Assembly: GCA_030153785.1 (NCBI GenBank)
Contig: JASKLF010000001.1
Coordinates: forward strand, 216,896 to 280,895
Reading direction: 5' to 3'
DNA: 64,000 nt
Source of the DNA: a bacterium
GTDB taxonomy: Bacteria; Synergistota; GBS-1
Positions within the stretch are counted from its first letter, which is position 1. Each line of letters opens with the position of its first letter. The notes beneath the pieces were generated by a model. The model was not told the DNA's origin. It searched no databases and saw only the letters and a program-made list of their open reading frames with translations. Shown one piece after another: positions 18,190-27,777 of this stretch. The position numbers and the translations under genes were made by a program.

Positions 18190-19272
18190 TCAACAGTATC
18201 TTTCCTTCATCTTACCTATAGCTTCCCAAAGGCCCAACAAATAAACAGCACCTAAAGCTCTATCGTAAAGGCCATATCCTGGGCGCCCCTTCTCCCCCCA
18301 TATCATCCTGCCATGATCAGGTCTTATATACCCCTCGTAATTTATATCATGAAAGGCTTTCATAACTTCAAACATATCATGAGAGCCGCAGAAGGAAGGA
18401 TGAGCCGTTTCGTAAAACTTACCGCGATTTTCTATTTTAAGGTTTCTCACATGCGCAAAGTGAATTCTCCCCATTTTACCAAAATATCTTATCATCTCCG
18501 GAATATTATTGTCAGGATTAGCACCAAGGGACCCCATACACAGAGTAATGCCGTTATAGGGGCTATCAACTGCCCTTAAGAAACGCTCTATGTTCTCCCT
18601 GTTGGTTACTATTCTCGGAAGGCCAAATATGCTCCATGGGGGATCATCAGGATGAATTGCAAGCTTAACATCGCACTCTTCACATGTGGGGATAACGGCC
18701 TTTAAAAAGTAAACGAAATTATCAAAGAGTTTAGCTTCGTCAACTTCCTTGTAAAGCTCAAAGGTCTCCTCAAGCTTGGCAAGCCTGTCCCACTCCCAAC
18801 CTGGAAGAACGAGGCCATGAGAACCTTCTTTAACTCGCTTAATTAACTCCTGAGGCGTGATGTTCTCTATCAAGCTATGATCGTATTCCATCGTCTCCGA
18901 GCCATCCGGCAATTTTCTATTAAGTTCCGTTCTCATCCAGTCAAACACGGGCATAAAGTTGTAGCAGATCACCTTAACCCCAACCTTAGATAGGTTTCTA
19001 ATCGTTTCTATGTAGTTTTCTATGTATCTCTCCCGCGTGGGAAGACCCAATTTGATATCCTCATGAACATTCACGCTCTCAATAACCTCAAGAGTTAAGC
19101 CAGCCTTTTCAACCACCTCTTTAAGATGCTTCACCTTTTCAAGCGGCCAAACTTCTCCGACAGGCACATCAAATAAAGCTCCAACAACACCTACAACACC
19201 CGGTATCTGCCTTATTTGCTCCAAAGTCACCGGGTCATTGTTCTCTCCATACCATCTAAAAACCATCTTCAT
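18190..19272 (-). CDS. uxuA: Mannonate dehydratase
   Basis: FRWYG..D, ES.NVHEDIK, CYNFMP..DW.RT, HPDDPP and RPDHG motifs. Confidence 0.97.
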   Translation of the reverse strand: MKMVFRWYGENNDPVTLEQIRQIPGVVGVVGALFDVPVGEVWPLEKVKHLKEVVEKAGLTLEVIESVNVHEDIKLGLPTRERYIENYIETIRNLSKVGVKVICYNFMPVFDWMRTELNRKLPDGSETMEYDHSLIENITPQELIKRVKEGSHGLVLPGWEWDRLAKLEETFELYKEVDEAKLFDNFVYFLKAVIPTCEECDVKLAIHPDDPPWSIFGLPRIVTNRENIERFLRAVDSPYNGITLCMGSLGANPDNNIPEMIRYFGKMGRIHFAHVRNLKIENRGKFYETAHPSFCGSHDMFEVMKAFHDINYEGYIRPDHGRMIWGEKGRPGYGLYDRALGAVYLLGLWEAIGKMKERYC

Positions 19273-19277
19273 GCTCT

Positions 19278-20894
19278 TTATCCCCCCTCTACGACCTCCT
19301 TAAGAGTTGCTCTTACAGCCCCTGGACCCTTTATCATCTTGCTAAAGTATGCTTCTATCCTCTCTCCCAAGCCTACCTCATAAAGATTAACCCTAAATAG
19401 CTGAGGGCTTGAAAGGATCGGTTTTAACGCATCTCCAACGGAATCGGGCTCACCGAACTTAACTGAAGCAAGATATCCTCTTAAAGAGTCCAACAAAGGA
19501 TCTGGGCTAAGTTCCATTCTCTCTCCTTTATCGTCTATTCCCAGTAAGTATCTACACCAACCAGCTATGACCAAAGGAATATACCTTAAATCCCCTGGAG
19601 CGAGGCCCGGTTTCTCATAATAAGATTTGATGGTCTCCCCAAACCTTATCGGGACCTTTTGAGATGTATCCGTGGCGATCCTCTGTGGAGTATCGGGCAT
19701 GTATGGATTGGGAAGTCTCTCTTCGATAACCTCCTCTAAAAACTTCCTCGGGCTTATTATCTCGGGATCAACAACAACCCTCATGCCCTCCTCCCCAACG
19801 CCTCGCACAAGCTTCACTAAAAGCGGGTCTCTCATTTCCTCCGCAATAGTTTTATACCCCAAAAGACAGCCAAAGACGGCCAACGCTGTATGAAGAGGAT
19901 TGAGGCAAGCGGTGACCTTCATCCTCTCAGATTTTTCAACCTTCTCTCTATCGGTCAAAAACAAATTGGTATCGCTTCCCTCAAAGGGCGGTCTTCCGTT
20001 AGGAAAGCTATCTTCTATAACGAGATATTGAGCCCTCTCCATGTTAACAAAGGGAGCTATAAAGGTCTTCTTCTCGGTCACAACTATATCCATGCCTGAT
20101 AGACCAATCTCCTCAAGATGTTTTTTAACCATCTCTGAAGGCCTCGGAACTATCTTATCTATCATGCTCCATGGAAAGGCAACATCGTTCTCAAGATAAT
20201 CTAAAAACTCATCTTCAACCAAAAACCTCTTTACCCATTCCTTAACTATCCTTCTCACCGAAGAATACAATTTTTCACCATTTCTCGAAAAGTTATCCAA
20301 GCTAAGCATAGCTATTTGTAACCTTCCAGCCTTAAAACGCTCATAAAGAAGTGAAGCAACCTTGCCCATAGAGCTCTTAGGAAAAGTAGGCCCCTTCTCC
20401 ATATCCTCTAATACCACAGGGTAAAGCCTTCCCTCTTGATCTTCAAGGTTATACCCCTTTTCCGTAATGGTTAAAGATGCAAGCTGTAAAGACGAACTTT
20501 TAAATATTTCCTTAATCTCGTCCCAATCCTTGAAATTAGGGTCTCCCTTAAGGCCAACCGCTATGCTTCCTATTACCCTCTTGTCCAAGTTTCCATCGCT
20601 ATTTATGGTGACCGCCAAACACAGATTGTCGTAGGGATAATAAATTTTGTCTATTATCTCATAATCAAACAACTCAACCGCTATTATTCCCGTTTCTTCC
20701 CTCCCATTTTCTATCATATTTTGGGATATGCCTGCGATATAACCTCTGAAAATATTACCAGCTCCAAAGTGAACCCACCTTGGAGACTTTAAAGTTATCT
20801 CTCTTACTCTCTCTATCTCAAATTCGGGTAATCTAATTCCCACCTTAATCCAGGCTTCCCTATCTCTTAACCCCTTTAAACTGAGGGACAGCAC
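19278..20894 (-). CDS. uxuB: D-mannonate oxidoreductase (mannitol dehydrogenase family)
   Basis: VHFGAGNIFR, TITEKGY, SMIDKIVP, LNPLHT and DTSQK motifs; gene context. Confidence 0.9.
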   Translation of the reverse strand: MLSLSLKGLRDREAWIKVGIRLPEFEIERVREITLKSPRWVHFGAGNIFRGYIAGISQNMIENGREETGIIAVELFDYEIIDKIYYPYDNLCLAVTINSDGNLDKRVIGSIAVGLKGDPNFKDWDEIKEIFKSSSLQLASLTITEKGYNLEDQEGRLYPVVLEDMEKGPTFPKSSMGKVASLLYERFKAGRLQIAMLSLDNFSRNGEKLYSSVRRIVKEWVKRFLVEDEFLDYLENDVAFPWSMIDKIVPRPSEMVKKHLEEIGLSGMDIVVTEKKTFIAPFVNMERAQYLVIEDSFPNGRPPFEGSDTNLFLTDREKVEKSERMKVTACLNPLHTALAVFGCLLGYKTIAEEMRDPLLVKLVRGVGEEGMRVVVDPEIISPRKFLEEVIEERLPNPYMPDTPQRIATDTSQKVPIRFGETIKSYYEKPGLAPGDLRYIPLVIAGWCRYLLGIDDKGERMELSPDPLLDSLRGYLASVKFGEPDSVGDALKPILSSPQLFRVNLYEVGLGERIEAYFSKMIKGPGAVRATLKEVVEGG

Positions 20895-20905
20895 CTTTTT
20901 TCACC

Positions 20906-21928
20906 TTACCTCTCGACTCGGCCAGAAGTAGCTCCTCCTGCAAGCTTTTCCACTTCATCCTCGCTTAAACAGGAAAAGTCACCAGGAATTGTATGCTTCA
21001 AGCAAGAGGCGGCACCAGCGAACTCGGCTTTCCTTTGAGAGTCATAACCTTTAAGGGTAGAGTATATTAAGCCTCCAGCGAAGCAGTCACCAGCCCCTAC
21101 CCTGTCAACTATGTAATGGATTTCGTATCTGTTAGAGAAATAGGGCTTCCCGTTTTCAAATACCATCACCGACCAGTAATTAACGGTGGCGGATAAGCTC
21201 TCTCTTAAAGTTATTCCTATAATCTCGAAGTTATATTTATTGCTTATCTTATCAGCAACATCAACATAAGCTTCTCTTATAATCTTACCTGTTTTGAGAT
21301 CCAAGCCCTCTATATGGATGCCTAAAACCTTCTCTATATCCTCCTCATTCGCAATAAGAACATCCACATAATCCATAAAAGGTAACATAACCCTTTGAGC
21401 CTCCTCCTTGCTCCAAAGCTTAGCCCTAAAGTTCAAGTCACAGCTAATCTTTACTCCCTTACTTTTAGCAACCTCAAGGGCATCTTTGACTATGAGCGGT
21501 AACTCCTTTCCCAAAGGAGGAGTTATCCCGGAAAAGTGAAACCACTTAGCCCCATCGAGTATCTTCTCCCAATCAAAGTCCTCCCTTTTAGCAAGCGATA
21601 TAGCCGAACCCGCTCTATCGTAGAGGACCTTACTTGCCCTTTGAGAGGCACCAATCTCTAAGAAGTAAATACCAATCCTGTTTCCTCCCCTTGCAATATA
21701 ATCCGTCCTAACTCCATATTTCCTCAAATGTCCAATAGCTGCATCCCCCAAGGGATTTTTAGGAAGCTTAGTAACAAAAAAGGCATCAAGCCCCATCTGC
21801 GCAAGGAAGGCAGCTACGTTAGCCTCAGCCCCACCGTATGTAACATCAAAGCTACTCGCTTGAAACAGTCTTTCATGATTTGGAGGACTCAACCTTAGCA
21901 TTATCTCACCAAAAGTCACTACCTTCAT
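20906..21928 (-). CDS. kdgK: 2-keto-3-deoxygluconate kinase (PfkB family)
   Basis: FGEIMLRL, GGAEANVA, DLNFR.KLW and DRVGAGD.F motifs. Confidence 0.95.
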   Translation of the reverse strand: MKVVTFGEIMLRLSPPNHERLFQASSFDVTYGGAEANVAAFLAQMGLDAFFVTKLPKNPLGDAAIGHLRKYGVRTDYIARGGNRIGIYFLEIGASQRASKVLYDRAGSAISLAKREDFDWEKILDGAKWFHFSGITPPLGKELPLIVKDALEVAKSKGVKISCDLNFRAKLWSKEEAQRVMLPFMDYVDVLIANEEDIEKVLGIHIEGLDLKTGKIIREAYVDVADKISNKYNFEIIGITLRESLSATVNYWSVMVFENGKPYFSNRYEIHYIVDRVGAGDCFAGGLIYSTLKGYDSQRKAEFAGAASCLKHTIPGDFSCLSEDEVEKLAGGATSGRVER

Positions 21929-21944
21929 CCAATATACCCCCTCC

Positions 21945-23822
21945 TTATCCAGAGATTTTCATAAAAGTTTCCCCCAGGAACATGGTAAACCAGGGGATAT
22001 AAGTCACTAAAAGGAGAACAACTATCATGGCCAAATAGAAGGGCCATAGGGCCCCTAATATTTCCTCCACCTTTGCCTTTCCTATCGCACACCCCAAAAA
22101 CAGGGTGTTTCCCACAGGAGGCGTACAAAGACCGATAGAAAGGTTAATAAGGAGGATGATCCCAAACTGAATGGGCGACCAGCCCATCTTCGTCACTATC
22201 GGGAGGAGTATAGGAGTCATTATTAAAATTAACGGTGCCATATCCATAACCATACCAAGAACTAACAATAGCCCATTTATAAGAAGCATGAGAAGATACT
22301 TGTTCTCTGTTATGTTAACCAGGACACTCGCCACGGTCTTAGGCACGCTAAGATAGGCCATAAGGTAGCCAAACGCTGAAGCATTGGCTATTAAGAAAAG
22401 AACCATTGCAGAGGTAGAAACGGAAATCCTCGAAATCCTCGCTATATCCTTAATTCTCATACCTTTATAGATTAGGAGAGCAACAAAAAGAGCATAGGTT
22501 GCAGCTATAACGGAAGCCTCCGTGGCCGTAAAGACACCAAAAGCTATCCCAAAGATTATGATCAAGGCCACAAGCAAACCTAAAAAGGAATCCCTAAAAC
22601 TTAGCAAGGCCTCTTTAAAAGTATATCTTTCCGTCATCACAGGATAGTTTCTTCGCCTGGAAACTATATAAGCGGCTATCATCTGAGCCACACCTATCAT
22701 AATTCCAGGTATGTAACCTGCCATAAAAAGAGCTCCTATTGAAACGCCGCCAGCTGCAAGAGAGTATATAATCATGTTATGGCTGGGCGGAATTATTATT
22801 CCCAAAGTTGCAGAAGTCACAGTTACTCCTATCGAAAAGTCTCTATCATACCCCTCTTTAACCATAGCGGGTATCAAGATAGACCCAATAGAAGAGACAT
22901 CAGCTGCCGAAGAACCGGAAACGCCCCCGAAAAACATGCTGGCCAAAATATTCACCATCGCCAGCCCACCACGAATTCTTCCCACAAGTATCTTGGAAAA
23001 TTCTATTATCTTCTCCGTTATCCCTCCTTCGGTCATTATCTGACCAGCAAGTATAAAAAAGGGAATAGCCAGAAGCATTACCGAGCTTGCACCTGAAGAA
23101 AATCTTTGCAAAATAACAGGTAAAGGAATCCCAAGGTGAAGTGCGGTTAACATGGCCGAAAATCCAAGGCTTAAGGATATAGACATTCCAACAATCATAA
23201 GGAGGAAGAAGGTGGAAAACAGAACAATCGTGCCCCTCATATTCCTCGGTAGATCCGCAAATGACCCTAAACCCAACAAAGTTCCAACATCTAAGGCTAA
23301 CAAGACGAAAAGCAAAGTCAAAACTAAAAAGCGCCATCTTATAGATGGACTTGAAAGGTCAACCTCAAAGCTTCCATATTCCCATAATCCCTTCAGGAGC
23401 CCCAATATAACCAAAACACCACATAAAAAAACGGGTATATATATCCACGCTATTGATATCCCCAAAACGGGAAGAACATTGGGCAACCTGCGCGCAAGAA
23501 TAAAGCCGTACCTGGCCAGTAAGAAACCATAAAGTAGGCTTAAAACTAAGATTAAAAAATTAAGAAACTTCCTTTCCTTAAAAGTAAAAGCTTTAAGGAA
23601 TAGCTCTATCCTCATATGAAGACCACTTTGAACCCCCAAACCGGACCTCAGAAACGCAAGCCAAACCAAAAGAAGGCTTCCAAGTTCCTCGGCAAATGTC
23701 AACGGAGCGGCGAAAAGATACCGTCCCACTACATGGACGAAAAACACAATCCATATAGAAAATAATCCCCCAACTTCAAAAATTTCTATACCCCTTTCAG
23801 CAAGCCAAAACATCTTCTTCAT
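21945..23822 (-). CDS. Fused TRAP permease DctQ-DctM
   Basis: N-terminal DctQ (AEEL...HMRIE) fused to DctM (AIPFFILAG, IIPPS, TPPVG); ATG 23822 with SD. Confidence 0.9.
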   Translation of the reverse strand: MKKMFWLAERGIEIFEVGGLFSIWIVFFVHVVGRYLFAAPLTFAEELGSLLLVWLAFLRSGLGVQSGLHMRIELFLKAFTFKERKFLNFLILVLSLLYGFLLARYGFILARRLPNVLPVLGISIAWIYIPVFLCGVLVILGLLKGLWEYGSFEVDLSSPSIRWRFLVLTLLFVLLALDVGTLLGLGSFADLPRNMRGTIVLFSTFFLLMIVGMSISLSLGFSAMLTALHLGIPLPVILQRFSSGASSVMLLAIPFFILAGQIMTEGGITEKIIEFSKILVGRIRGGLAMVNILASMFFGGVSGSSAADVSSIGSILIPAMVKEGYDRDFSIGVTVTSATLGIIIPPSHNMIIYSLAAGGVSIGALFMAGYIPGIMIGVAQMIAAYIVSRRRNYPVMTERYTFKEALLSFRDSFLGLLVALIIIFGIAFGVFTATEASVIAATYALFVALLIYKGMRIKDIARISRISVSTSAMVLFLIANASAFGYLMAYLSVPKTVASVLVNITENKYLLMLLINGLLLVLGMVMDMAPLILIMTPILLPIVTKMGWSPIQFGIILLINLSIGLCTPPVGNTLFLGCAIGKAKVEEILGALWPFYLAMIVVLLLVTYIPWFTMFLGETFMKISG

Positions 23823-23853
23823 AAGATCCCATACCCCCCTGAGATATAAAGGT

Positions 23854-23879
23854 GGGGGCCAATATCTCATTTGGCCCCC
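23854..23879 (-). other. Stem-loop after dctP (probable mRNA-stabilising or attenuating hairpin)
   Basis: GGGGGCCAA-8nt-TTGGCCCCC between dctP and the permease gene. Confidence 0.6.
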
Positions 23880-23894
23880 TAAGCATCGACAGAA

Positions 23895-24863
23895 CTATTT
23901 AACCGCCAATATTTTGTTTATAAGGTTTTTATACTTGGAGTATTCCTCATAGAAAGGCTGCATAGCCTTCTGAAAGAGAGATTTATCCGGATTGTATATC
24001 TTTGCCCCTCCCTCTTGAACAGCCTTAAGGCTTCTCTCCTCATACTGCTGCCATAAAATCCTCTCATAAACGGAAGAAGCATGAGCAGCTACCTTAAGTA
24101 TCATCCTCTCCTCAGGCGTAAATTTCTCCCAAACGGACTTAGACATAACAACGAGCTCAGGAATTCGCGTATGTTCATCCAAACTGTAATGTTTGGCCAC
24201 TTCATAGTGTTTCATCTCATAATAGCTTGGAGGATTATTCTCAGCACCATCTACAACACCTGTCTGGAGAGCCGTGTAAACCTCTGCAAAGGGAATATGT
24301 ACTGCCGCCCCTTTAAGGAACTTAACCATGTTAGTCAAAACAGGAGATTCCGGAACTCTTATCTTCAATCCCTTAACATCTTCAGGCTTCATTATGGGCC
24401 CTTTGATGGTATAGAAGCTCCTTGCCCCCGCCTCATACCAGCATAGAGCGACAAGTCCCACATCCTTCAAAAGCCCATCTACAAGCTCCTGACCAGGAGC
24501 TCCAAGAATGGTCTTCCATTGATGGTCATAATCCCTAAAAAGATACGGCAAGGACAATATCCCCATCGGCTCATAGAATCCTGCCAAGGTCAGCGTCGAA
24601 CATCTAACCATTTCTATAGCTCCAAGAATAGCTTGTTCTACTGTTTCCTTCTCCGAACCCAATTGTGAACCCGTATAAACTTCAACCTTGTACTTACCTT
24701 CGGTCATCTCCTCAATAACCTTACCAAGAAGCTTAACTCCTTCGACGGTTGGATATCCCTCCACATGGTTATCTGCAGACTTTAAGACCGTCTGGGCTTG
24801 AGCCCATGCAACTCCCGAAACTACCAATACCAAACTCAATAACACCACCAAAAGCTTCTTCAT
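23895..24863 (-). CDS. dctP: TRAP substrate-binding protein DctP (uronate-type by context)
   Basis: Signal peptide; QLGSEKE, LKIRV and EVYTALQTGVVDGAENN motifs. Confidence 0.94.
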   Translation of the reverse strand: MKKLLVVLLSLVLVVSGVAWAQAQTVLKSADNHVEGYPTVEGVKLLGKVIEEMTEGKYKVEVYTGSQLGSEKETVEQAILGAIEMVRCSTLTLAGFYEPMGILSLPYLFRDYDHQWKTILGAPGQELVDGLLKDVGLVALCWYEAGARSFYTIKGPIMKPEDVKGLKIRVPESPVLTNMVKFLKGAAVHIPFAEVYTALQTGVVDGAENNPPSYYEMKHYEVAKHYSLDEHTRIPELVVMSKSVWEKFTPEERMILKVAAHASSVYERILWQQYEERSLKAVQEGGAKIYNPDKSLFQKAMQPFYEEYSKYKNLINKILAVK

Positions 24864-24901
24864 GCCTACCCCCCCTTTTGTATACTAGCATTCTTACCAC
24901 A

Positions 24902-24910
24902 ATTTTATCA
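24902..24910 (-). promoter_or_regulatory. Extended -10 promoter element for dctP
   Basis: TGATAAAAT on the minus strand. Confidence 0.5.
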
Positions 24911-24943
24911 TAAATATTCTCTAAAGGACAAAGTTATAAAAAA

Positions 24944-25684
24944 TTAGTAACCAAGTTTCTTGGAAATCTCTTCCGCAGCGCTCTTTAAGGCGGATATACA
25001 ATCCTCTATCAACTTACCTGTTAGTCTTTGAGCTGCCCCTGAAACGCTCATACCAGCGACGGGATAACCATTATGGTCGAAAATAGGAACTCCTATACAT
25101 CTTATACCCACCTCATTTTCCTCGTTGTCAATGGCATACCCTAACTCCCTTATCTTTCGAAGCTCCTCCTTGAGCTTCTCAGGATCAGTTATCGTGTTGG
25201 GCGTCTTCCGTTCCAACCTCACCATGGAAAGATACTCCTCAAGCTCTTCCTTGGGAAGATGAGCAAGTATTGCCTTTCCTGAAGCAGCAGAATAAAGCTG
25301 TATCTTCATTCCAACCCTTGACACCATAGGAATACTATATACTCCCTCTACCTTGTCTATATAGACTCCCTCAAGGCCATCCTTAATCACCAAGTGGACG
25401 GTTTGCCCCGTTTTGGACATTACATCCACAAGATAGGGATGAGCTATCTCTCTTAAATCTATCTTTCTTAAAACCATAGCGCCATATTCCGCCAACTTAT
25501 ACCCCGGAACATACTTCTTATCTCTTTTCCTGGTTACAAACCCATACTCTTCGAAAACCCTCAGATACTTGTAAGCATTGGAAACGCTCATTTTAAACTT
25601 TCTCGCCACATCGCTTACACTTACATCACCAGGCGAAGAAACCAGATAATCAAGTATCTCAATAGCCCTCCTTAACGTGTTCAC
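24944..25684 (-). CDS. IclR family regulator (KdgR-like)
   Basis: N-terminal HTH; ASGKAILA, GYAIDNEENEVG.RCIGVP motifs. Confidence 0.95.
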   Translation of the reverse strand: MNTLRRAIEILDYLVSSPGDVSVSDVARKFKMSVSNAYKYLRVFEEYGFVTRKRDKKYVPGYKLAEYGAMVLRKIDLREIAHPYLVDVMSKTGQTVHLVIKDGLEGVYIDKVEGVYSIPMVSRVGMKIQLYSAASGKAILAHLPKEELEEYLSMVRLERKTPNTITDPEKLKEELRKIRELGYAIDNEENEVGIRCIGVPIFDHNGYPVAGMSVSGAAQRLTGKLIEDCISALKSAAEEISKKLGY

Positions 25685-25775
25685 CCATTCTCCCCCTCCT
25701 TAACGGTGACAAAGCCATATGTTACTATTATAATACCATTAAGAAAGTGATTTTCATATTCTTGAATGAGGGGGT

Positions 25776-27146
25776 GTGAAAATGTTTTTAGGAGAAAATT
25801 ACCTATTAACAAACGAAACCAGTAAAAAAATTTATGAAAGCATCCAAAATCTCCCTATTTTAGACCTACACAATCATCTTGAGGCAAAGGAAATCGTAGA
25901 GAACAAAAACTGGAATGACCTATGGGAAGTAGAGGGAGCTACGGACCACTATGTGTGGAGCTTGATGAGAAGATGCGGAGTCAATGAAGAATATATAACG
26001 GGGAAAAGAAGTAATAGAGAAAAATGGCTTGCCCTTGCAAAAATATTTCCGTGCCTTGTAGGAAACCCAACATACGAGTGGATCCATCTTGATCTATGGA
26101 GACTACTAAAAATTAAAAAGATAATATCAGAAGAAACAGCTGAGGAAATTTGGGAGGAAAGCAAAGAAGTGCTGGCAAAGGAAGAGTTCAAGCCCCGAAG
26201 CGTGTTGAACAAGATAAGGGCTGAAGCTCTATGCACAACAGATGACCCCATCTCAGATTTAAGCTATCACAAAAGGGCGTCTCAGGAAATTAAGGAGTTT
26301 AAAATGCTTCCAACATGGAGACCCGATAACGCAATGAATATAGAAAAGGAAGAATGGAAAAACTATGTAATAAGATTAGGGGACGTTTACAACGAAGATG
26401 TTTCAGACTTGGATGGTTTTTTAGAAGCCTTATGGAAATCCCACGAACAATTCGAAGAAAACGGATGTATCGGAAGCGATCACGCCCTACTCAACCCTCT
26501 AATCTACTTTGTTGAAAGAAAGAGGGCAGAAGAAATATATAAGAAGGCTATCTCGGGAGAAAGTCTTGAGGAAGAGGAAATAAACGACTTTAAGGCTTTC
26601 ATGATGATCGAGTTCGGCAAGATGAATGAGGAAAAAGGTTGGGTAACCCAGCTTCATATCGGTGCACTAAGGGATTACAGAAAAAGCCTTTTCGAAACGC
26701 TTGGGCCTAACTCTGGCGGAGATATATCCACGAATTTCATAGAGATAGCAGAGGGACTGAGGTTTTTTCTGAACGAGTTTGATAGTAGACTTAAAATAAT
26801 TCTGTATGTCCTCGACCCCACCCATCTTCCAACCATAGCAACCATTGCAAGAGCCTTTCCCAACGTTTTCTTGGGAGCCCCATGGTGGTTTAACGACAGC
26901 CCTTATGGTATGGAAACCTACCTTAAATATGTAGCTACCGTAGATATCCTATACAACCTTGCTGGAATGGTTACAGATTCAAGAAAACTATTCTCCTTCG
27001 GTTCCAGAATAGAGGTATTCAGGAGAGTTCTTTCAAGCGTTTTGGGAGAAATGGTAGAAAAGGGACAGATACCATACAGGGAAGCCGTGAAGCTTGCTGA
27101 GCGAATATCTTACAGCGGACCTAAGGAGCTCTTTTTCAAACTTTGA
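25776..27146 (+). CDS. uxaC: Glucuronate isomerase
   Basis: D.HNHL, DHYVW, GNPTYEW.HL, TTDDP, PTWRPD, WWFND and TDSR motifs. Confidence 0.97.
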   Translation: MKMFLGENYLLTNETSKKIYESIQNLPILDLHNHLEAKEIVENKNWNDLWEVEGATDHYVWSLMRRCGVNEEYITGKRSNREKWLALAKIFPCLVGNPTYEWIHLDLWRLLKIKKIISEETAEEIWEESKEVLAKEEFKPRSVLNKIRAEALCTTDDPISDLSYHKRASQEIKEFKMLPTWRPDNAMNIEKEEWKNYVIRLGDVYNEDVSDLDGFLEALWKSHEQFEENGCIGSDHALLNPLIYFVERKRAEEIYKKAISGESLEEEEINDFKAFMMIEFGKMNEEKGWVTQLHIGALRDYRKSLFETLGPNSGGDISTNFIEIAEGLRFFLNEFDSRLKIILYVLDPTHLPTIATIARAFPNVFLGAPWWFNDSPYGMETYLKYVATVDILYNLAGMVTDSRKLFSFGSRIEVFRRVLSSVLGEMVEKGQIPYREAVKLAERISYSGPKELFFKL

Positions 27147-27159
27147 TATAATATGATAC

Positions 27160-27777
27160 ATGAGCTTTGATCTATCCCTTAAAAATATTCCGGTAGAGAT
27201 AAAGAAAGAAGAGGTCCGAAGATATCTGGGAGAATACAAAGGAATAACCGAAACCCCTTCAGAAATAAACCTATTGATAGAAAGATTAATTATACTTTCA
27301 AAAACCTTAATTTCTCCTTCGGCAATTTCAAGAAGTTATCCAATAACCGCCAAAGGAGAAAACGTTATAGAAACAGAAGCGTTCGAGCTACCGGGGCGAG
27401 ACATTGCAAGACTTCTTAAGGATTCCATCGAAGTTATACTCTGTGCAACCACGATAGGAAATGAGCTTGAAGAAGAGATAAACAGCCTTTTGGAGAAGAA
27501 AAAAGTCCTTGAGGCTACCATCCTTGATGCCATAGGATCAACCGCTGCAGACACAGCTATGGACTACTTAAACAATCTCCTTAAAGCAGAAGCAACGCGA
27601 AAAGGACTAAGCTTAACAAGAAGGTATAGCCCTGGATATGGAGACTTTCCCCTCCTCATTCAGGAAAAGCTGATTGAGTTTTCGGGAGGAAAGTCTCTTG
27701 GTATAAGGGTTTCCCCATCATACATACTTATCCCAAGAAAATCTGTTACAGCCGTAATAGGGGTGATGAAAGGTTGA
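27160..27777 (+). CDS. Stand-alone methionine synthase activation (AdoMet-binding) domain
   Basis: RYSPGYGDFPL..Q and LIPRKSVTAVIG motifs; adjacent to MetH. Confidence 0.9.
   Translation: MSFDLSLKNIPVEIKKEEVRRYLGEYKGITETPSEINLLIERLIILSKTLISPSAISRSYPITAKGENVIETEAFELPGRDIARLLKDSIEVILCATTIGNELEEEINSLLEKKKVLEATILDAIGSTAADTAMDYLNNLLKAEATRKGLSLTRRYSPGYGDFPLLIQEKLIEFSGGKSLGIRVSPSYILIPRKSVTAVIGVMKG

Noticed and set aside
27144-27160. Cobalamin or SAM riboswitch upstream of metH
   Set aside because: Only 13 nt of intergenic space
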